Made by a program: the position numbers and the translations under genes
Shown: positions 49,801-64,000 of the stretch, in pieces
Position numbering within the stretch: the stretch's first letter is position 1
Layout: every line of letters begins with the position of its first letter
Source: Eledone cirrhosa
Lineage: Eukaryota
Assembly (NCBI GenBank): GCA_964016885.1
Contig: OZ024741.1
Coordinates: 112,964,001 to 113,028,000, forward strand
Direction: 5' to 3'
Length of the DNA: 64,000 bases
The notes under the pieces: model-generated
Told to the model about the DNA's origin: nothing
What the model saw: the letters and a program-made list of their open reading frames with translations, nothing else
Database searches by the model: none

Positions 49801-50349
49801 TAGATAGACATATACATATTTTAAAATTGCTAAATAAATATGTATAAATATGTACAAATGTAGGTTTGTTTCTGTCTTACATCACTGTTGTGATTACAAA
49901 TTGACATTCGGTATAAAATATATGTAAATAGTAATAAAATAAAAAAGCAATTCACTTTATATTTTAAGAGAGACAAGAATGGTTGCAAGAAGAATTGCCT
50001 CAAATAATGGTTACTAAGATTCTTTTATTAAGTTCTGTGTCTTCTTAACACTTCACAACACAGCTGTCTCATGATGTCTTGAGGCAAAGTCAGTCAAAAG
50101 AAAAGATGAATATTAAATGATTTTGTTAAAGGACCATTAATAACAGTTATTTTAAAAGCAATTGGTTGAAAAATATAGTTGTTAGAAAAACAATATTGTC
50201 AAGATTTTCTCCCTTCTGAAATCTCTTTGGGGTCTCAGGATATGCAATCTTTGTGCCTCTATCCCATGCCTTCCAAGGCAGATCACATGCCCATTGCCAG
50301 TATGTAAAGCATTAAATGGGAACTGCAATATATTTTTCAAACAAGCATG

Positions 50350-52512
50350 AAGGACAATGTGGTGCAATTCTTTTACTTACCTCTCACCATATTGCAGTTT
50401 TGGTGGTCTTATTTGAACCAGTCACCAATCTGGTACTTTCTTAAACTCACATCCCAAATCAGAAAACTCCCTGAGCAAACTGAAGGCATTGACACTGGGC
50501 AGAGATTGTTCAACTCAGCAGTTTGCACTTCAGATATTAAATACCATGAGTGAAAGAGGTTTGGTGTGACACCAGGTGGTAGGAGGACACTTAGGTTCAA
50601 TCAAGAGGACAAAGATGCCATCTGTACAAAGAAGGAGGCCTACAAAACTTGACTTGGAAATAAGTCCTCCTTCTTGCACTTGTGGTAGAAGCTGACATGT
50701 AGAATCACAGCAGAGAGAGTAAAAGACTCCAAAGTTGAGACATAGGAGGACTTTGGGTTTAAGCTGGAATCCAACATCAGATAAGCAAATAAAATGTTCT
50801 GGCAGACCATCCACCAACTTCGTAATAGGAACCACCAACTTTGTAATAGGAAGTCCTCCTCCACACCTGCTACCAGGAATGCATGTGGGATTCTCCTCTC
50901 TTAAGAGAAGTGCAGCCTCATGAGGTGGAAAGAATACTTTGTTGATCTCCTAAACCTGATCACAACAGAATTTTATGATGTATGCAAGATGAATAATCTC
51001 TCTGTGGCTGAAGTCACAAGAGCAATTAAAGAGCTCAAATGTGGCAAGGTTACTTGGAATGATGAAATTTGGCCTGAGATGTTAAAAGCCTTAAATAGTG
51101 AAGGTAATCTCTGGCTGACTCATGTGTGTTGGGTGGCCTGGATCTCTGGAATGGCACCTAAGCAATGACAATCAGGAGTGATAATCCCAATTTTCAAAAA
51201 GGGAGACAAAAGAGATTGTTCCAGTTATAGAGGGATCTTGTTGCTAAGCCTCCCCAGTAAAGTCTATGATAAATGTCTGGTAAAGAGATGTAGGGAGATT
51301 GTTGAGTCCAAGCTAGCTGATGAACAGTATGGATTTTGACCCAGATGCAGCACAGCCAACCAAATATTCACACTGTGGCAGGTCTGTGAGAAATCCTGGA
51401 AGTACTGCCTAAAGTTATATTCTTGCTTTGTAGACCTCAAAAAGGCATATGATTGCATTCCACAAGACCTGCTGTGGAAGGTTCTGCAAGAGTATGTGAT
51501 TGGTTGTCAGCTTCTTTTTGTCCTGGTGTTTCTATATAAATGCACGAACATTGTATTTGAATAAATCTTGCTAAATCGAAACCATTCAACGTGAGATTCA
51601 GACTCAGCCAAGAGGGCATTTGACTACTCTGCTGTTCATTATTTTCATGAATAGGATTGACATGCACAACTGGGTTGGAAGTGGTATCATGACTGGCATG
51701 TGTAGACAGGAATTTGCAGATGACATGGTGTTACTTAACTTGGCAGAAGGTGATCTCCGACTTGCACTTTATAGGTTTGATGCCAAGTGCATCATGGCTG
51801 GAATGAAAATCAGTGCTGTGAAGTCTGAGACACTCATCCTCTTCAAAAAGCCTATGCAATGCACTCTACATGTGAATGGTGTTCCCCTGAAGCTGATGGT
51901 GAAGTTCAAGTATCTCAGGACTGTGTTTATGGATAATGGAAGGCAGGAGGCTGAATTAAGTGCAAGAAATGCAGACGTTGGTGCAGTAATCTGTTACCTT
52001 CAGCATTTGGTAATCAGAATAAGGGAGGTAGGTTTAACAGCCAAACACATTATCTTCAATTCAGTATTCGTGCCAACCATTACATATGGTCATGAATCTT
52101 GTGTAATGACCAAAAGAATATGATCACAAGTACAAGTGGCCGAAATGGGGTTCCTCTGAAGTGTCTTTGGAGTAATGTTACTCGATAGAATGTGTAGCTC
52201 AGAGATCAGAGTGTCCGACCTGGTAGAGCTGCTACTTATTTAAATTGAGAGATCCCAGCTCCAATACTATAGGGATGTAGTTAAAATGTTTGAGGAAAGA
52301 ATTGCTGGACAGATTTTATGAGCAAAATCAACTGGCAGGAGACTCAGGTGTAGAACCTGAGCAAGATGATTTGATAACATCAATAAGCTTGGCTGGTTTC
52401 ACTTGGGGATGCAACCAAATCAGTTGGAAATGGTTGCTTCTGACAGGACGTGCTTGATGGAGTGTTTGAGGATTCTGCCCCCATGATTCTTTCAGGAATA
52501 AGTGGGGGAAGA
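50350..52512 (+). mobile_element. Old RTE LINE fragment (RT region to 3' end)
   Basis: RWKEYFVDLLN, DEIWPEMLK, YRGILLLS, FVDLKKAYD, LLFIIFMNRI, EFADDMVL, PTITYGHESC; ends caggaataagtgggggaagaa. Confidence 0.85.
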
Positions 52513-55500
52513 AAATTAGAAAAACAATATAATGTGTTCATTTTGTCTGATGGTGGTACCTTTTCCACTGGTTTTGTTGTTGGTTATTAAGTTGTTTGAT
52601 CAACTAAACATCCAGCTCAAGAATTGATGTCTGAGTACTTGAGTATTCCATCTACTGTAATTTTGAAGCTTAATCAGGCTGCTACAATATGTGACAAGAC
52701 TGGACATTTGAGTTACTGCTATACAGATTAGTTAAATTAAATGCACTTTATATAGCTTCCAAGCAAAATCCAGGACTTGTGACAGCATTATACATATATC
52801 CCGTTGTTATAATTCTAGTGTGCTGTAGTTCTAGAATGCTATATATATGTTCACACCCCTATATAAAATTGCAGATTATGTTGTGTAAAGACATATAAGT
52901 ATACTGGCATGCATGTATTGTTCATTTACTATTGCACTTTCCAACTATATATGATGGGATCCTCCATAAGTTTTGGCAATGTACATTCCGTTATTCATTC
53001 TGAACAACCAGCATGCAAATTAACATGTAATTGGTTGTGTATTCAACAGATATGTGTACTCTTAATATAGTTCCCAAGATGAATCAGAGTAATACTGTGA
53101 CAAGGCTAGACTTTTGAATTACAGGTACAATCCATCCAACAACCATCCATACAGATTTCTGTCTATTCAGTTTCACTCACAAAGCTTGACTCTCCTTTAG
53201 GCTATGATAAAGACATTTACCTAAGACACCAGACTATAGGATTTAACTTGGGTTATCATGATTGCAAAGCAAATATTTTAACCATTCAGTTATATCTGCA
53301 TCCACAGGACTATACATAGATTGCATATAATGAGAAACCTCACATACACACACACCAACAACAACAACTAATACAACAATACTCCCAAACACACATGATT
53401 GTGTTTCAACAGTGTGAATATATAAAAAATACTTCCAAGGAACATATAATGGCTTAAATATAAAACCACTGCAGTAATATGTAAATCAGTGTTGGTCTAC
53501 AGCCAGAATAACGTCAAGCATACATACAGCAGAGGAGAATTATATTTCACCTTAACTTTACATGATAGTGAGACATGGGCACTGAATGCAGAGGATATGG
53601 AACGGTGAAAGAGAAATGAAGCAAACATGCTCTGTTAGATATGCAATGTTAGTGTGCATGAATGACAAAGCACAGATGAGTTGAGATAAAAAATTGGCAA
53701 AAATAGAATCAGATATAGTGCAGAAGAGAGAAGATTGCACTGGTATAACTATGTGATGCATACGGGTTATGATCATCAATTTAAGATATGCCAGGAGCTC
53801 CAAATGGAAGAGAGCTGTAGATGAGAAAGACCAAGGAAAACCTGGTAAGAAATGCTAACAGCTGATCTCTAATCACTGAACTTACATAGAAGGAATCCAG
53901 TAAGGGAAGGGAAACTGCACTGGCATGGAAAAAGGATATAAAATTTTGATGATGATGATTATGATGATGAAAATGTCAGATGTGTAAATACACACACACA
54001 CATGGCCATACTCCCAAACACACACATGGTTGTATGCTATATAAAATAATTCTAAGGCTTATATGAGAATACTGCAGTAATATTTAAATCAGTATAAAAC
54101 CAGTATAACTTAAATCAGCAGAGGAAAATTATATAATGTTATTATTAAAAATATTTAACTATATAAAAATTAAAATATATGAATCTTATATAAATTATAC
54201 ATTTATGATTTAGAAAAGAAACAAATTATTTAAAATAAGTCAGGAAGAAGAAAAACATGCACACAACCTCAATTACACACTACATCAGAGAGGGATGGTA
54301 TTGCCCTCTAAAAATGTTTGAGGCTACCTGAAGCACTGACAGCATTATCGTGGGTGATAATAAGTTTGAGTTGCTGGAATAGTCAAACACACAATTTATG
54401 ATTAATCAAGAGTAAATACCCTGTTCCTCCAAAAGCAAGACATGGCTGTATGGTTAGAATGTTTGCTTCACAACTATATGGTTTGAGCTTTCATCCCAAT
54501 CTGCAGCACCTTAAACAATTGTCTTCTACCATAGTTTCAGGTGAACCAAAATCGTGTGAAATGAAACGCTGTAGAAGATTGTTGGATGGATCATTCATGT
54601 TCCAAGATGGTAGACTTAATCCATTGCCAGGTTTATTACAATCACCTGACTGATGTGTAACTTTAGTAGAATCCCTTCTTTTACAATTATTTGAGAAAAC
54701 TCTCCCTCATAAAGATAACTTCTTTCTTTTCTCTCACTAGTCTTGAAACTTTTGAAAAGTAGGGTTATTGATGTAGTAAAAAACGGAACTATACTAGATT
54801 GATTCTAAATTGTATTTTTGTGGAATTATAGTTTTATAATGCCCTAACAAACCACTTGAACAAATAGAAAAAAATTGTCATTTGTGATGGAATAAAATTC
54901 ATCCTTCAAAATTATTATCTTACTGCAACCTTTGCAGATAAATACCTGGAGCTATGATGGGAACAAAGATTATCCAAATGTTTGCTAATTTAGGTATTTT
55001 GTTCTTAAAAGGCCAAATATATGAACGATCTTGCAACAACTTCAATAAAAATTATTGAACAATTGGATGATAGTTTTATTCTGCGGGTACACAGTCCCAA
55101 CAAACTATCTTTGATAGTATTCAATTTACAATGGAATATGAAAAAAAACAAAAAAAATCAACTTCCCATTTTTTATATTTTAGTCATTAAACGATACACA
55201 TTTATCAAAATTGATATCTATCATATTTCAAATCAACAAACTCATAACAATATGTATTATATACTTGTTGCTATTTGAAATACACAGGAACAAATACTAG
55301 TATATCTCCTAATCTGGCATGAAGAATCTGCAGAATCTATTTTAAGAAGCAAATTGAGATAAATAATTTCAAAAATTAAAGAAACAATCACAAAAAAAAG
55401 TACACAGTAACATTAAAATGGAATAGAAAATGCCAAAGTAATACATATTCAGGAATCATGAAAGCAAGACACACTTCACACACTCTCAATGATTTGCCTT

Positions 55501-57839
55501 ATATATCAACATACAATCTCCAAAATGTATACACATCATTTATCAGAATACAACCCAATTGAAGAAAAAACAAAGAAGGAAAATGATGCCATGCAGTAGG
55601 GGTGAACCCAAAAGTTTATTACATCGGATTATGATGGAATGTAAAATGAAGCTGGCAGTTTTGTATCATAGGACCAGGGAAGATATCCATTTGGTATTGA
55701 AAGGGTTAACACCTACTACCAAACCACCAGAAACCACCCCTAGTTCCATGAGACAAAACTGTTTGTTTTAAAATGTTTATATTTATCTAAACATCTTCCA
55801 TGATAACTGTTTATATGAAACTTTATTAAGCTAGGCTCCAAAAACCAGCTTAGTAATGAAAGTTATATATTTTTATTAATAAATCCCACCAAATTCTTAA
55901 TTATTTTCAAAATCATTTGAAAATCATAGGCAGCGTCTTTCAGAAGTATGGCAATGAAAGGGATAATACACCTTGAGGAATATATCATATATGATATTTT
56001 TTAAATGTATTTTAGAAAATACATAATGATTGTGGGAAATAATTTTACTGACAACAGAAATGTTTAGTTAGAAGCTTAGTAAATAGCAAATATAGCTTTT
56101 AAAGAAATATATATCAATACAAACTAATATATGTTTAGTAGTGTTTTAGATGCTTTGGTTTAGGTCAGTTTGTACAACTGTTTAGTTTTCTAAGCTTTTT
56201 ATCTGTGTAGCTTGTATCACCATGGCATCTAGATGGATACTTGACCTGCTAGAAATAGCAGCCATTTCTCTTCAAGTCACACCTGAATATCTTAAAAATG
56301 AAAGGATGTTAATGTAGACCTTGACAAAAACAAGTACTTTCAGATCATTTCTCTCACTAAAGCAAGGGTTAACCACGTATACTCCATGAAAAGCTTTTCC
56401 CTTTTTTCCTATTGTCTGTATCCTCCTTTATCAAATCTTGGCTTTCATTTCCTCTGCTATCATTTTCATACATGTCTTTATTGGTCTTCTTCCTTCCTCA
56501 TTAATTTTCATCACTCTTCTCACACAATCATTTTCATTCATCCTTAACACATGACCCAGTCCTCTCATTCCATTTCACCTTCATCACCAGTTCTTTTCCA
56601 TCATCCTCTGCAATTCCTAGTTTGTCTACACTCTCATTGATGCACCAATCATCCACTGGACTATTCTTATTTCCCTTTTTTTCTAGCCTTCTCTGCTGTT
56701 CCATGTTCATCCCTTATGTATCTGGTTTAGAATAGGTACATTGTATCTCTGTATGTCATAAGAGATGACTAAATGAGATAGTGCCAGGAATGCATCTGGC
56801 CATAAAATGCTGTTTCAAAATGGATGCCATGATGAGCATAATGTATTTGATCATAGACCTGCACAATCAGGGCTAATATGGAACTAAAAAAGAATAACAT
56901 ATCAACAACCTCTCTTAGGAATGTTTCAATAGTAGAATGTAATGTAGGGAACTGATTAAAAATTAGACACAAGTACAGCTGTGGTTAAGGAGCTTGCTTC
57001 ACCACCATATAGTTTCAAGTTCAGTCCGACTGTAGAGCACCAATGCCTTGTGAGTGAAATTTTCTAGATAGAAACTGTAGAAAACCAGTGTGTGAGTGGG
57101 CATGTGTATCTCATAACTTAGGCATTCAACAAAAAAGAACTTGATAAAATAAGTTCTGGGCTCCATATGATCAACTATATCTCTTTACATTGGTGCTCCA
57201 TTCTGGCCACAGTCAAATGGCTGAAACTAGTAAAGAAATATTATATTCTTTTGTCATTGCTACTGATTTGTCTAGTCAATATAAAGGACAATATATTTTT
57301 ACCATCTGAGTCTTAGATGTTTTGTCAACTGACAATGTCAATCTTTTATCTCACAAAATCATTGTCCACTGCACCTTTTGATACAACTTTGTGGTGCCAG
57401 TTTACAAGAAGTTGTTATCATTGCCTATACATTTAAACTCCTTTGATAGCAAATCTTTTTGGTTCTATAATACAAAACTGTTTGATTTGAACTGGCTTTT
57501 TTCTGGATATGGTCTAGGAGGCTATACTGACATTAGTGTGGCAATAACCTTGCATTGTGTCACCTACAATAATTATATTTACAAATCAAACAGAGGTGTA
57601 GAGTCTGTCACGCCTTCTCCCTTTCTTTCCATTCTGAATTTCATTTTCCTTACTCTTTCTCTTATTTCTGTCTTTTTTTTTTGTTTCCTTATTGCCATGT
57701 ATATTGTACATTATTTTTACTACTGGATATTTTGTATTGCAATAAATTGTACTCATTTTACTGTGTTTGTCACAGACATACACTGAAGAACCCCAAGTGT
57801 CACCTATTGATTAATATCTGCCTCTATGAACAAGCTTAA

Positions 57840-58044
57840 CCCTTCCGTTACCATATTTCTAAAGAATGACACTGATTATCATTTTGAAATAATTTTCAAA
57901 ATAGCTGGTGTTTGAAGCACAATTTATCAAAGACTTCTTTCATGGTATTTTGATGGAACAATATTAGATAAATATATATATATATTAAAGCAAACAGTTT
58001 TGTATTTTAGAACCAGGGTTTCAGGGAGTTTGGTATGAAAGAGG
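57840..58044. mobile_element. TTAA-flanked piggyBac-like MITE (AT-rich family)
   Basis: TTAA|cccttccgttacc ... ggtatgaaagagg|TTAA. Related degenerate copies at ~30390-30640, 33885-34110, 44540-44800, 55705-55965, 58134-58350 and 58832-59075. Confidence 0.6.
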
Positions 58045-59689
58045 TTAAATAATTGCTACAACTCATTCTTCAACCAGCCAACATTTTATAACATTAAAAT
58101 ATTCGTGTAATATCGGCAAATATATAAAGTCATTAACCCTTTTCATACGAAACCACCTGAAACTGCCCTTGGGTCTATGATATAAAGCCGTTTGTTTACC
58201 TTCTGACAAAATTTTATGTAAGAATCTTTAAGTTTTACTCGAAATACTAGCTTCATAATATGACATTTATTTATATTATTAAATCTCTTCAAATTTTAAA
58301 AATTATTTTTGAAATTAACTGAAAATCACACACGGTGCTTACCTTTCATTGCTAATACTCATTCAAGAAGGAGCCAACATATTCTAACATTTAAAAGAAT
58401 CTATATAATTGGTAAATATATAAAAGTCATTAATGAGTTCAAACATGCCATATTTTTCTCAACTATTTTCTATAAAGCTGAGTTCATCTATTTGCATAAC
58501 ATACAAGACAATTTGTCTTTCGCTGAGGGAGAAGAATGTTGGCAATGATAGTTGCGAGACAGGCTAGTTGTTTTATGATAAATTGTTTCGTAATCTCATG
58601 TCTAGTTGGTATTGATTTCTACTTTTTAGCACAATAGAATTGATACAATAATCTCCTGGGATATTATTTTGTCACTTGAAAACACTGCTCTAATACCTCA
58701 GCTACTAATCATTATTAGCAGCAAGAAATCAATATTAGTTTAACATTTGATCAGGGGATCAATGATTTCCTATGTTAAACAGCCTGCTATTTAGAATGTT
58801 TAGAATTTATCTCTTCTTATTTATCCACCATTTAACCTTTTCATTACCATATTTCTAGTTAAAGACACTGCCTACGTTTTTCAAATAATTTTGAAAACAA
58901 TCAGGAATTTAGAAGGATTTAGTAATGTAACTACCGTTTCCATTATTAAACTAATGTTTAGAACATAACATAACAAATTAAATCATAATTGAAGGTTTTA
59001 AAATAAATATATACACTTTAAAATAAACAGCTTTGTACAATAGTATCAAGGTAGGTTGGTAGCAAACAGAATAACATGTAGGTTATTGAGAATATTTATA
59101 ATATGTCCTTACTTATTTATCCAACATTTAGCATATTGTAGAAAATTAGAATCTTTGTTATCAATTTGTCAGGAAGGCACTAACTTTTGAACAAATAATA
59201 TACTATGCCTTCTCATATTCTCTGATGTTATGTTTTCTTAGAGATTCTGAATGTTAAGTAGTGTTAGGCTTTCAGAAAAACCAGGTAGCATGTTTAGAGT
59301 TGAGAAGATAAATTGAATTTATTTGCATCATTCTGTAATGTCTCCAATTGGTAAATGTCTCTCCGTGGCAAGAGAATGAGTGAAGAATAGGTATTGTGTT
59401 CTTCATGCTCTTCCTGGAACTCTTGGAGTAGTAACCAAGGTAAGACTAAATCATTTTCTTAATCATCTATTCAACCAATATCATCCTTATTCGAGAGTTC
59501 CACATCATGTAAAAAGGAAAAGCATTCACTTATTCTTACTTACATAGTAGTTTAGGACAGTATGTAATTCTGATGCCTCCCCTGAGTAAACTGAACCTAT
59601 GTGAAATAAACTGTATTGCTCAAGGTCAAGATGATATTCTCTTCAGGAATCGAACTTATAAGCACAAATTGTAGACACCATCCCCAGGC

Positions 59690-59786
59690 CGAAGTATTCC
59701 GTACTTCTCTGTACTGTTTCAGAAAGGAGGGATAAACATGCCAATCTATATTTAGAATCCCGAGCAATGCTGGGCCATTCTGCTAG
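59690..59786 (+). mobile_element. Helitron 3' terminal relic
   Basis: cccgagcaatgctggg..ttctgCTAG|T resembles the 7587-7616 terminus; 5' boundary uncertain. Confidence 0.5.
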
Positions 59787-60929
59787 TATTTATATAAAAT
59801 AACTAATTATACAGTATAAAAGCATTTATGAAATAATTCTCTGTTCTATTAAGCAAGCTATTCAATTCAGCCTACATAGAATGAATTTACTTGATCAAAT
59901 AAAGAAATAAGAGTTAGCGTCATTCCACTGTTGTGTTGCACTATGTAATAAATAAAAAGCCCTTAACTTGACACACAATGTGTCATGTGTATTTCAAACC
60001 TGGTGGAATCCATTTATCACTAGGTTGGAACATAGCTGATTTCTTCTAGAAAGAGAGTGAGAAGATGGTTTGACCAATGCTGAACTGGTTCTTTATTTAT
60101 CAACCTTGAAAGGATGAAAGACAAATCAGTGAGCCCAAGCAAAAACTGAGGTAGTATCAATTTGTTACCCCGTTGTACTGTACACCTGCTAATTTGATTT
60201 CTTGTTGTACTGTACTTCTTTTGGTAAGTCATTGAATTCTTCTGTTTTGCTTTTTAGTTGGTTGGTAATTATATGATAACTAATTCCACTAGAGAGATGA
60301 GGGTTGAGATGATGTCTGCATCTACTAGCAAATTCATTAGAAAAAGTATGCACAAAAGTGCAAAAAGCCTTTGGTCTTTCTTTTGCTGATATTATCTTAG
60401 GTTTTTATTTTGTGTGAAAGGATTAGAACTCAGAATGTAAATACTACAAAGCACGTGTACAGATCTTCAAACATTCTACCAATACACCACCCTTAAACTG
60501 ATACTTTATTTATCAGCACTGAAAGGATAAAAAGTAAATTTGACCATGGTGGTATTTGGAAAAACATGGTATGGAAAATACTAAATAATAAATGCTACAT
60601 TTTTATTAGAATATATTAAAATAGAAATTTACTCTTATTTTAGATTGATCAAAAATGTTTTTAGTTTTGGTTACAAATATAGATATACTTCCACTAACGT
60701 CATTACATGTATGATGCCTCATATCATATTTATCATAACAATTGCATTAACATGATGGTTACACTTAATGTTTACATTGTAGTTTTCACATATCTTATTT
60801 ATCACAAAAGTTAATAAATTTTTTTTATTGCAAGTTTTCTCATAATAGCTACCATATTATATTTAACTACAATACTTATATGACAATATATCCTAAAGTA
60901 ATTCAATGTTTTAAAACTAATTTGATCTC

Positions 60930-60992
<63 letters not shown>

Positions 60993-61365
60993 CATCAACA
61001 AAATGCATGAGAAGCCATGTTCATTCTATTCATTTTTTTGTTGTTGTCTCTATAGATTTCAAGTTATTACAATTCAATAGCTTTCACTGTTAAACTGTCT
61101 CCTGCTTATTGGCTATTATTATTATTATTATTATTATTATGGTTCTAGAACATTCAGAAGCCAATTTTAGACTATATGTCTCCAACCATTCATGCAAAAC
61201 AGTTTAGGATGGCTGCCAAAACTGGAAATTCCTTTAAAATTCATTATTATGATAGTGAAACTTATTATAAATATTACTTCCCAATCCCAACATATCCCAT
61301 TCCACCTTCCTTTTTTCCTTTCTTTTCCTTTCTAACTTCTCTTTCCGTTGTGGTTTCCTTTTCAG

Positions 61366-61614
61366 AGGAAATTTGCTATTAAAGAGAAGAATCCAACCAT
61401 TACCTATTTCACAATTAGCTGATGTCAAGACTCCATTGATAGAATCTCAAGATCGAGAAGCAGACCACTGCCATTCACAGCTGCCAAAAATCTTGTATCT
61501 TGCTAGTTACTTTTCAGCTGTAAAATCTGACAGTTTCTTTTGTCAAGCTACCTTTGTAAACACTTGCAAACCCATTTTCGATCTGGCAAACACAAGAAGC
61601 TTCACAACCTGTGG
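61366..61614 (+). other. Candidate internal exon (249 bp, phase 2-2), product unknown
   Basis: Long polypyrimidine tract with ctaac and ttttcag acceptor; GG|gtatgt donor; a single open frame (GNLLLKRRIQPLP..RSFTTC). No recognisable domain. Confidence 0.3.
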
Positions 61615-62817
61615 GTATGTGTTGGTTAGTTAGTTAGACATGGTTAGTTAAGCTAAGCTACCTAGTCGAGGTTAGATAACATTCTCACAGCTGTCACTTA
61701 AGTAATGCATTAAATAATTTCTACCAGCATTCTGATATCTTCTTTCTGGCAATGTTACACTATATACATTAGGAATGTGTATATATATATCGATATATGT
61801 ACATGTATTTATGAACATCTGTGTGTATGTGCATGTGTATACAGTTAAGATTTATATATCAAATGTATAAATATCTTGCTTATCTGCCTCCATATTTTTC
61901 TCTATACCATGTATACTACAAAATGATGTGGAAGCCATTTGATCTGTCAGTTTCTATTGTTACCTTTTTCTTTCTCTCCATCACTGTGTATTCTTAGTTT
62001 TTAGCATTTTTTCTATTACTGGATATCCTTCCTAATAGCAACCATTTTATAGAATATACTGGGCACTTTTTATTGTGGCACCATCACTAGAAAGGTTTGG
62101 CAATACTAAAGTATCCTCTCTACGCTCCATCGTCTCCATTTGATCAGCAACCATTTTACAAAATGTATTGAGTGCATTTATCATGGAACCAGCACTCGAG
62201 AAGTTCTCCTACCCCTTGCAAATCTAAAAAGCCCTACATTTTATATATTCTATTCTTTTTTATTTTTTGAATGTCATAAACAAACGTCATTACTTGCTTT
62301 TTTAAATGATATTGTTATGAAAATGCTTATGTTTGGAGAAAATAACACACACATTCACGCACACACCCATAGACATGCACACATATGCATTATATATACA
62401 ATATATATATATACACTACAACGTTGATGCTAAACTCTGCCAGTTGCAGACTACGCATCAACATGAGATATTTTTCTTCACAAAGTTTGATCACCAACAG
62501 AGTTTAAAGAATAAAGATCAAGTCCATATAATATATAATATAATATATATATAAAATATATATAATATATATAGGATGACTCCCTTATTGTTTCCCGACC
62601 AAATTCATTCACAAGGTATTGGTAGACATGCAGCTATACTTGAAGTCTTTCGAGCAGCTTGCAACATAGCAGGGCTGAACACAAAACCATGTGATTTAAG
62701 AAAACCTCCAAAAACTCTTAACCATACAGCCAAGTAGGGACCTGTAAAATAGAAATAATGACAATAAGAACAATAGTAGTATTAGTATTAATTGCTATTA
62801 TTATTAATATTTTCTAA

Positions 62818-63030
62818 AAAGGTTGGTACTAGCTGTAGGGTGTTGGACAATATGCTTTTTGGCATATAGTTACAGCCCATTACATTCTGAGTTCAAATCC
62901 CACTGAGGTTAGTTTTGCCTTTCATCCTTACAAGGTTGATAAAATAATATACCAGCAATACACTGGGGTTGATTTAATTGACTTACCTCTTCCATTTAAA
63001 TTGCTGGCCTTGTGCCAAAAGTAGAAAAAA
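62818..63030 (+). mobile_element. Meta-domain SINE
   Basis: ttctgagttcaaatcccactgaggttagttttgcctttcatcc..gataaaata..accag..ttgctggccttgtgcc. Confidence 0.8.
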
Positions 63031-63048
63031 AAATTATTATATATATTG

Positions 63049-63423
63049 GAGGCACATGGCTTAGTGGTTAGAGCATTGGCCTTGCATTCGAAAGGTTGTG
63101 AGTTCAATTCTCAGATCGCCTGATGTGTTGTTTCCTTGAACAAGACACTTTATTTCACATTGCTCCAGTTTACTCAGCTGTAGAAATGAGATGATAGGGA
63201 CCCCTGCAAAGTGGTCGTGGAGGTGCCACGGCAAAAAAGCACCCAGCCCACACTGTAAAGTGGACGTGTAGGCACCACAGAAAAAAAGCACCCAGCACTC
63301 ACTGTAAATGAGGTTGGTGTTAGGAAGAGCATCCAGCTGTAGGAATCAAGCCAGAATCAGTTCCCGTCCCACCCTTGCAAGCAGGGAAAAGCAGACGTAA
63401 AATGATGATGATTATGATGATGA
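63049..63423 (+). mobile_element. tRNA-derived SINE with RTE 3' tail
   Basis: Near-identical head to 3979-4314; tail matches RTE 41945-42107; ends in (atg)n. Confidence 0.88.
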
Positions 63424-64000
63424 AGATTGGTACATGACCACTATTGTGGGGATGGGTCGTAGTTGGGTATATTAAATCAACTACAGTACTTCACAAATCT
63501 TGTAATTTATTCAGAATATTAAAATGGTTATAACTCAACACGCCAAACCATTCTACCCACAATTCTACCAATTCTGCTACTTCATTGCCTTACAGGTAGA
63601 TAACATTTTTATTATAATTTTTTTAACTTTCAAATTCATTGTAATTATCTCATTACTATATTTCAAATGAAAGACACTGTCTATCATTTTCAAAGGGAAT
63701 AGAAAGTCTATTTGTGAGCCATACAATCTAGTTTTGTTCCAGTATGATGGATCCTTCATTGGTTTTGACAATGAGCATTCAGTTGTTTGATAAACATGAA
63801 TAAATATGTAAGTGGCTGAGTATTCTACAGTCATGTGAAGCCTTCACAAACAGAATCAGCATGACATAATATGTCTAAAGGCTGAACATTTGAATTAAAA
63901 GAACAATCAATCTGATGAGCTTCCACACAGTTTTCATCTTGCCTCTAGCAAATTTCATTCTCAAGGCTTATGTCAACTTGAGGATGTGGTAAAAAGAATA

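Noticed and set aside
61500-61600. Minus-strand KGSLTKETVRFY resembling an AGC kinase segment
   Set aside because: Immediately interrupted by a stop, with no flanking kinase motifs.

Overview
AT-rich, microsatellite-dense animal genomic DNA made almost entirely of transposable-element copies and debris. No host protein-coding gene is recognisable; one weak candidate exon lies at 61366-61614. The repeat repertoire (RTE LINEs with (ATG)n tails, tRNA-head SINEs with RTE tails, Meta-domain SINEs, very long (TA)n/(CA)n runs) resembles a mollusc, probably an octopus-like cephalopod; this is an inference. Elements identified: an R4/Dong 3' end in (TAA)n, a near full-length and a 5'-truncated RTE of one family, older RTE relics, a degenerate near full-length CR1-clade LINE, a DD37D (maT) Tc1/mariner relic, two non-autonomous Helitrons, TTAA and Tc2/pogo-like MITEs, and a 2.5-kb 43-bp minisatellite. 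The most notable signal is a set of mostly unrelated, non-coding, fold-back elements beside (TA)n tracts. They carry minimal type I hammerhead ribozyme motifs of the kind known from Penelope-like element pLTRs, with palindromic stem III, often an AATAAA at the cleavage site, and often a mismatched first pair in stem II. In several copies the inversion breakpoints fall inside the ribozyme core. Most entries in the ORF track are microsatellite or antisense artefacts.
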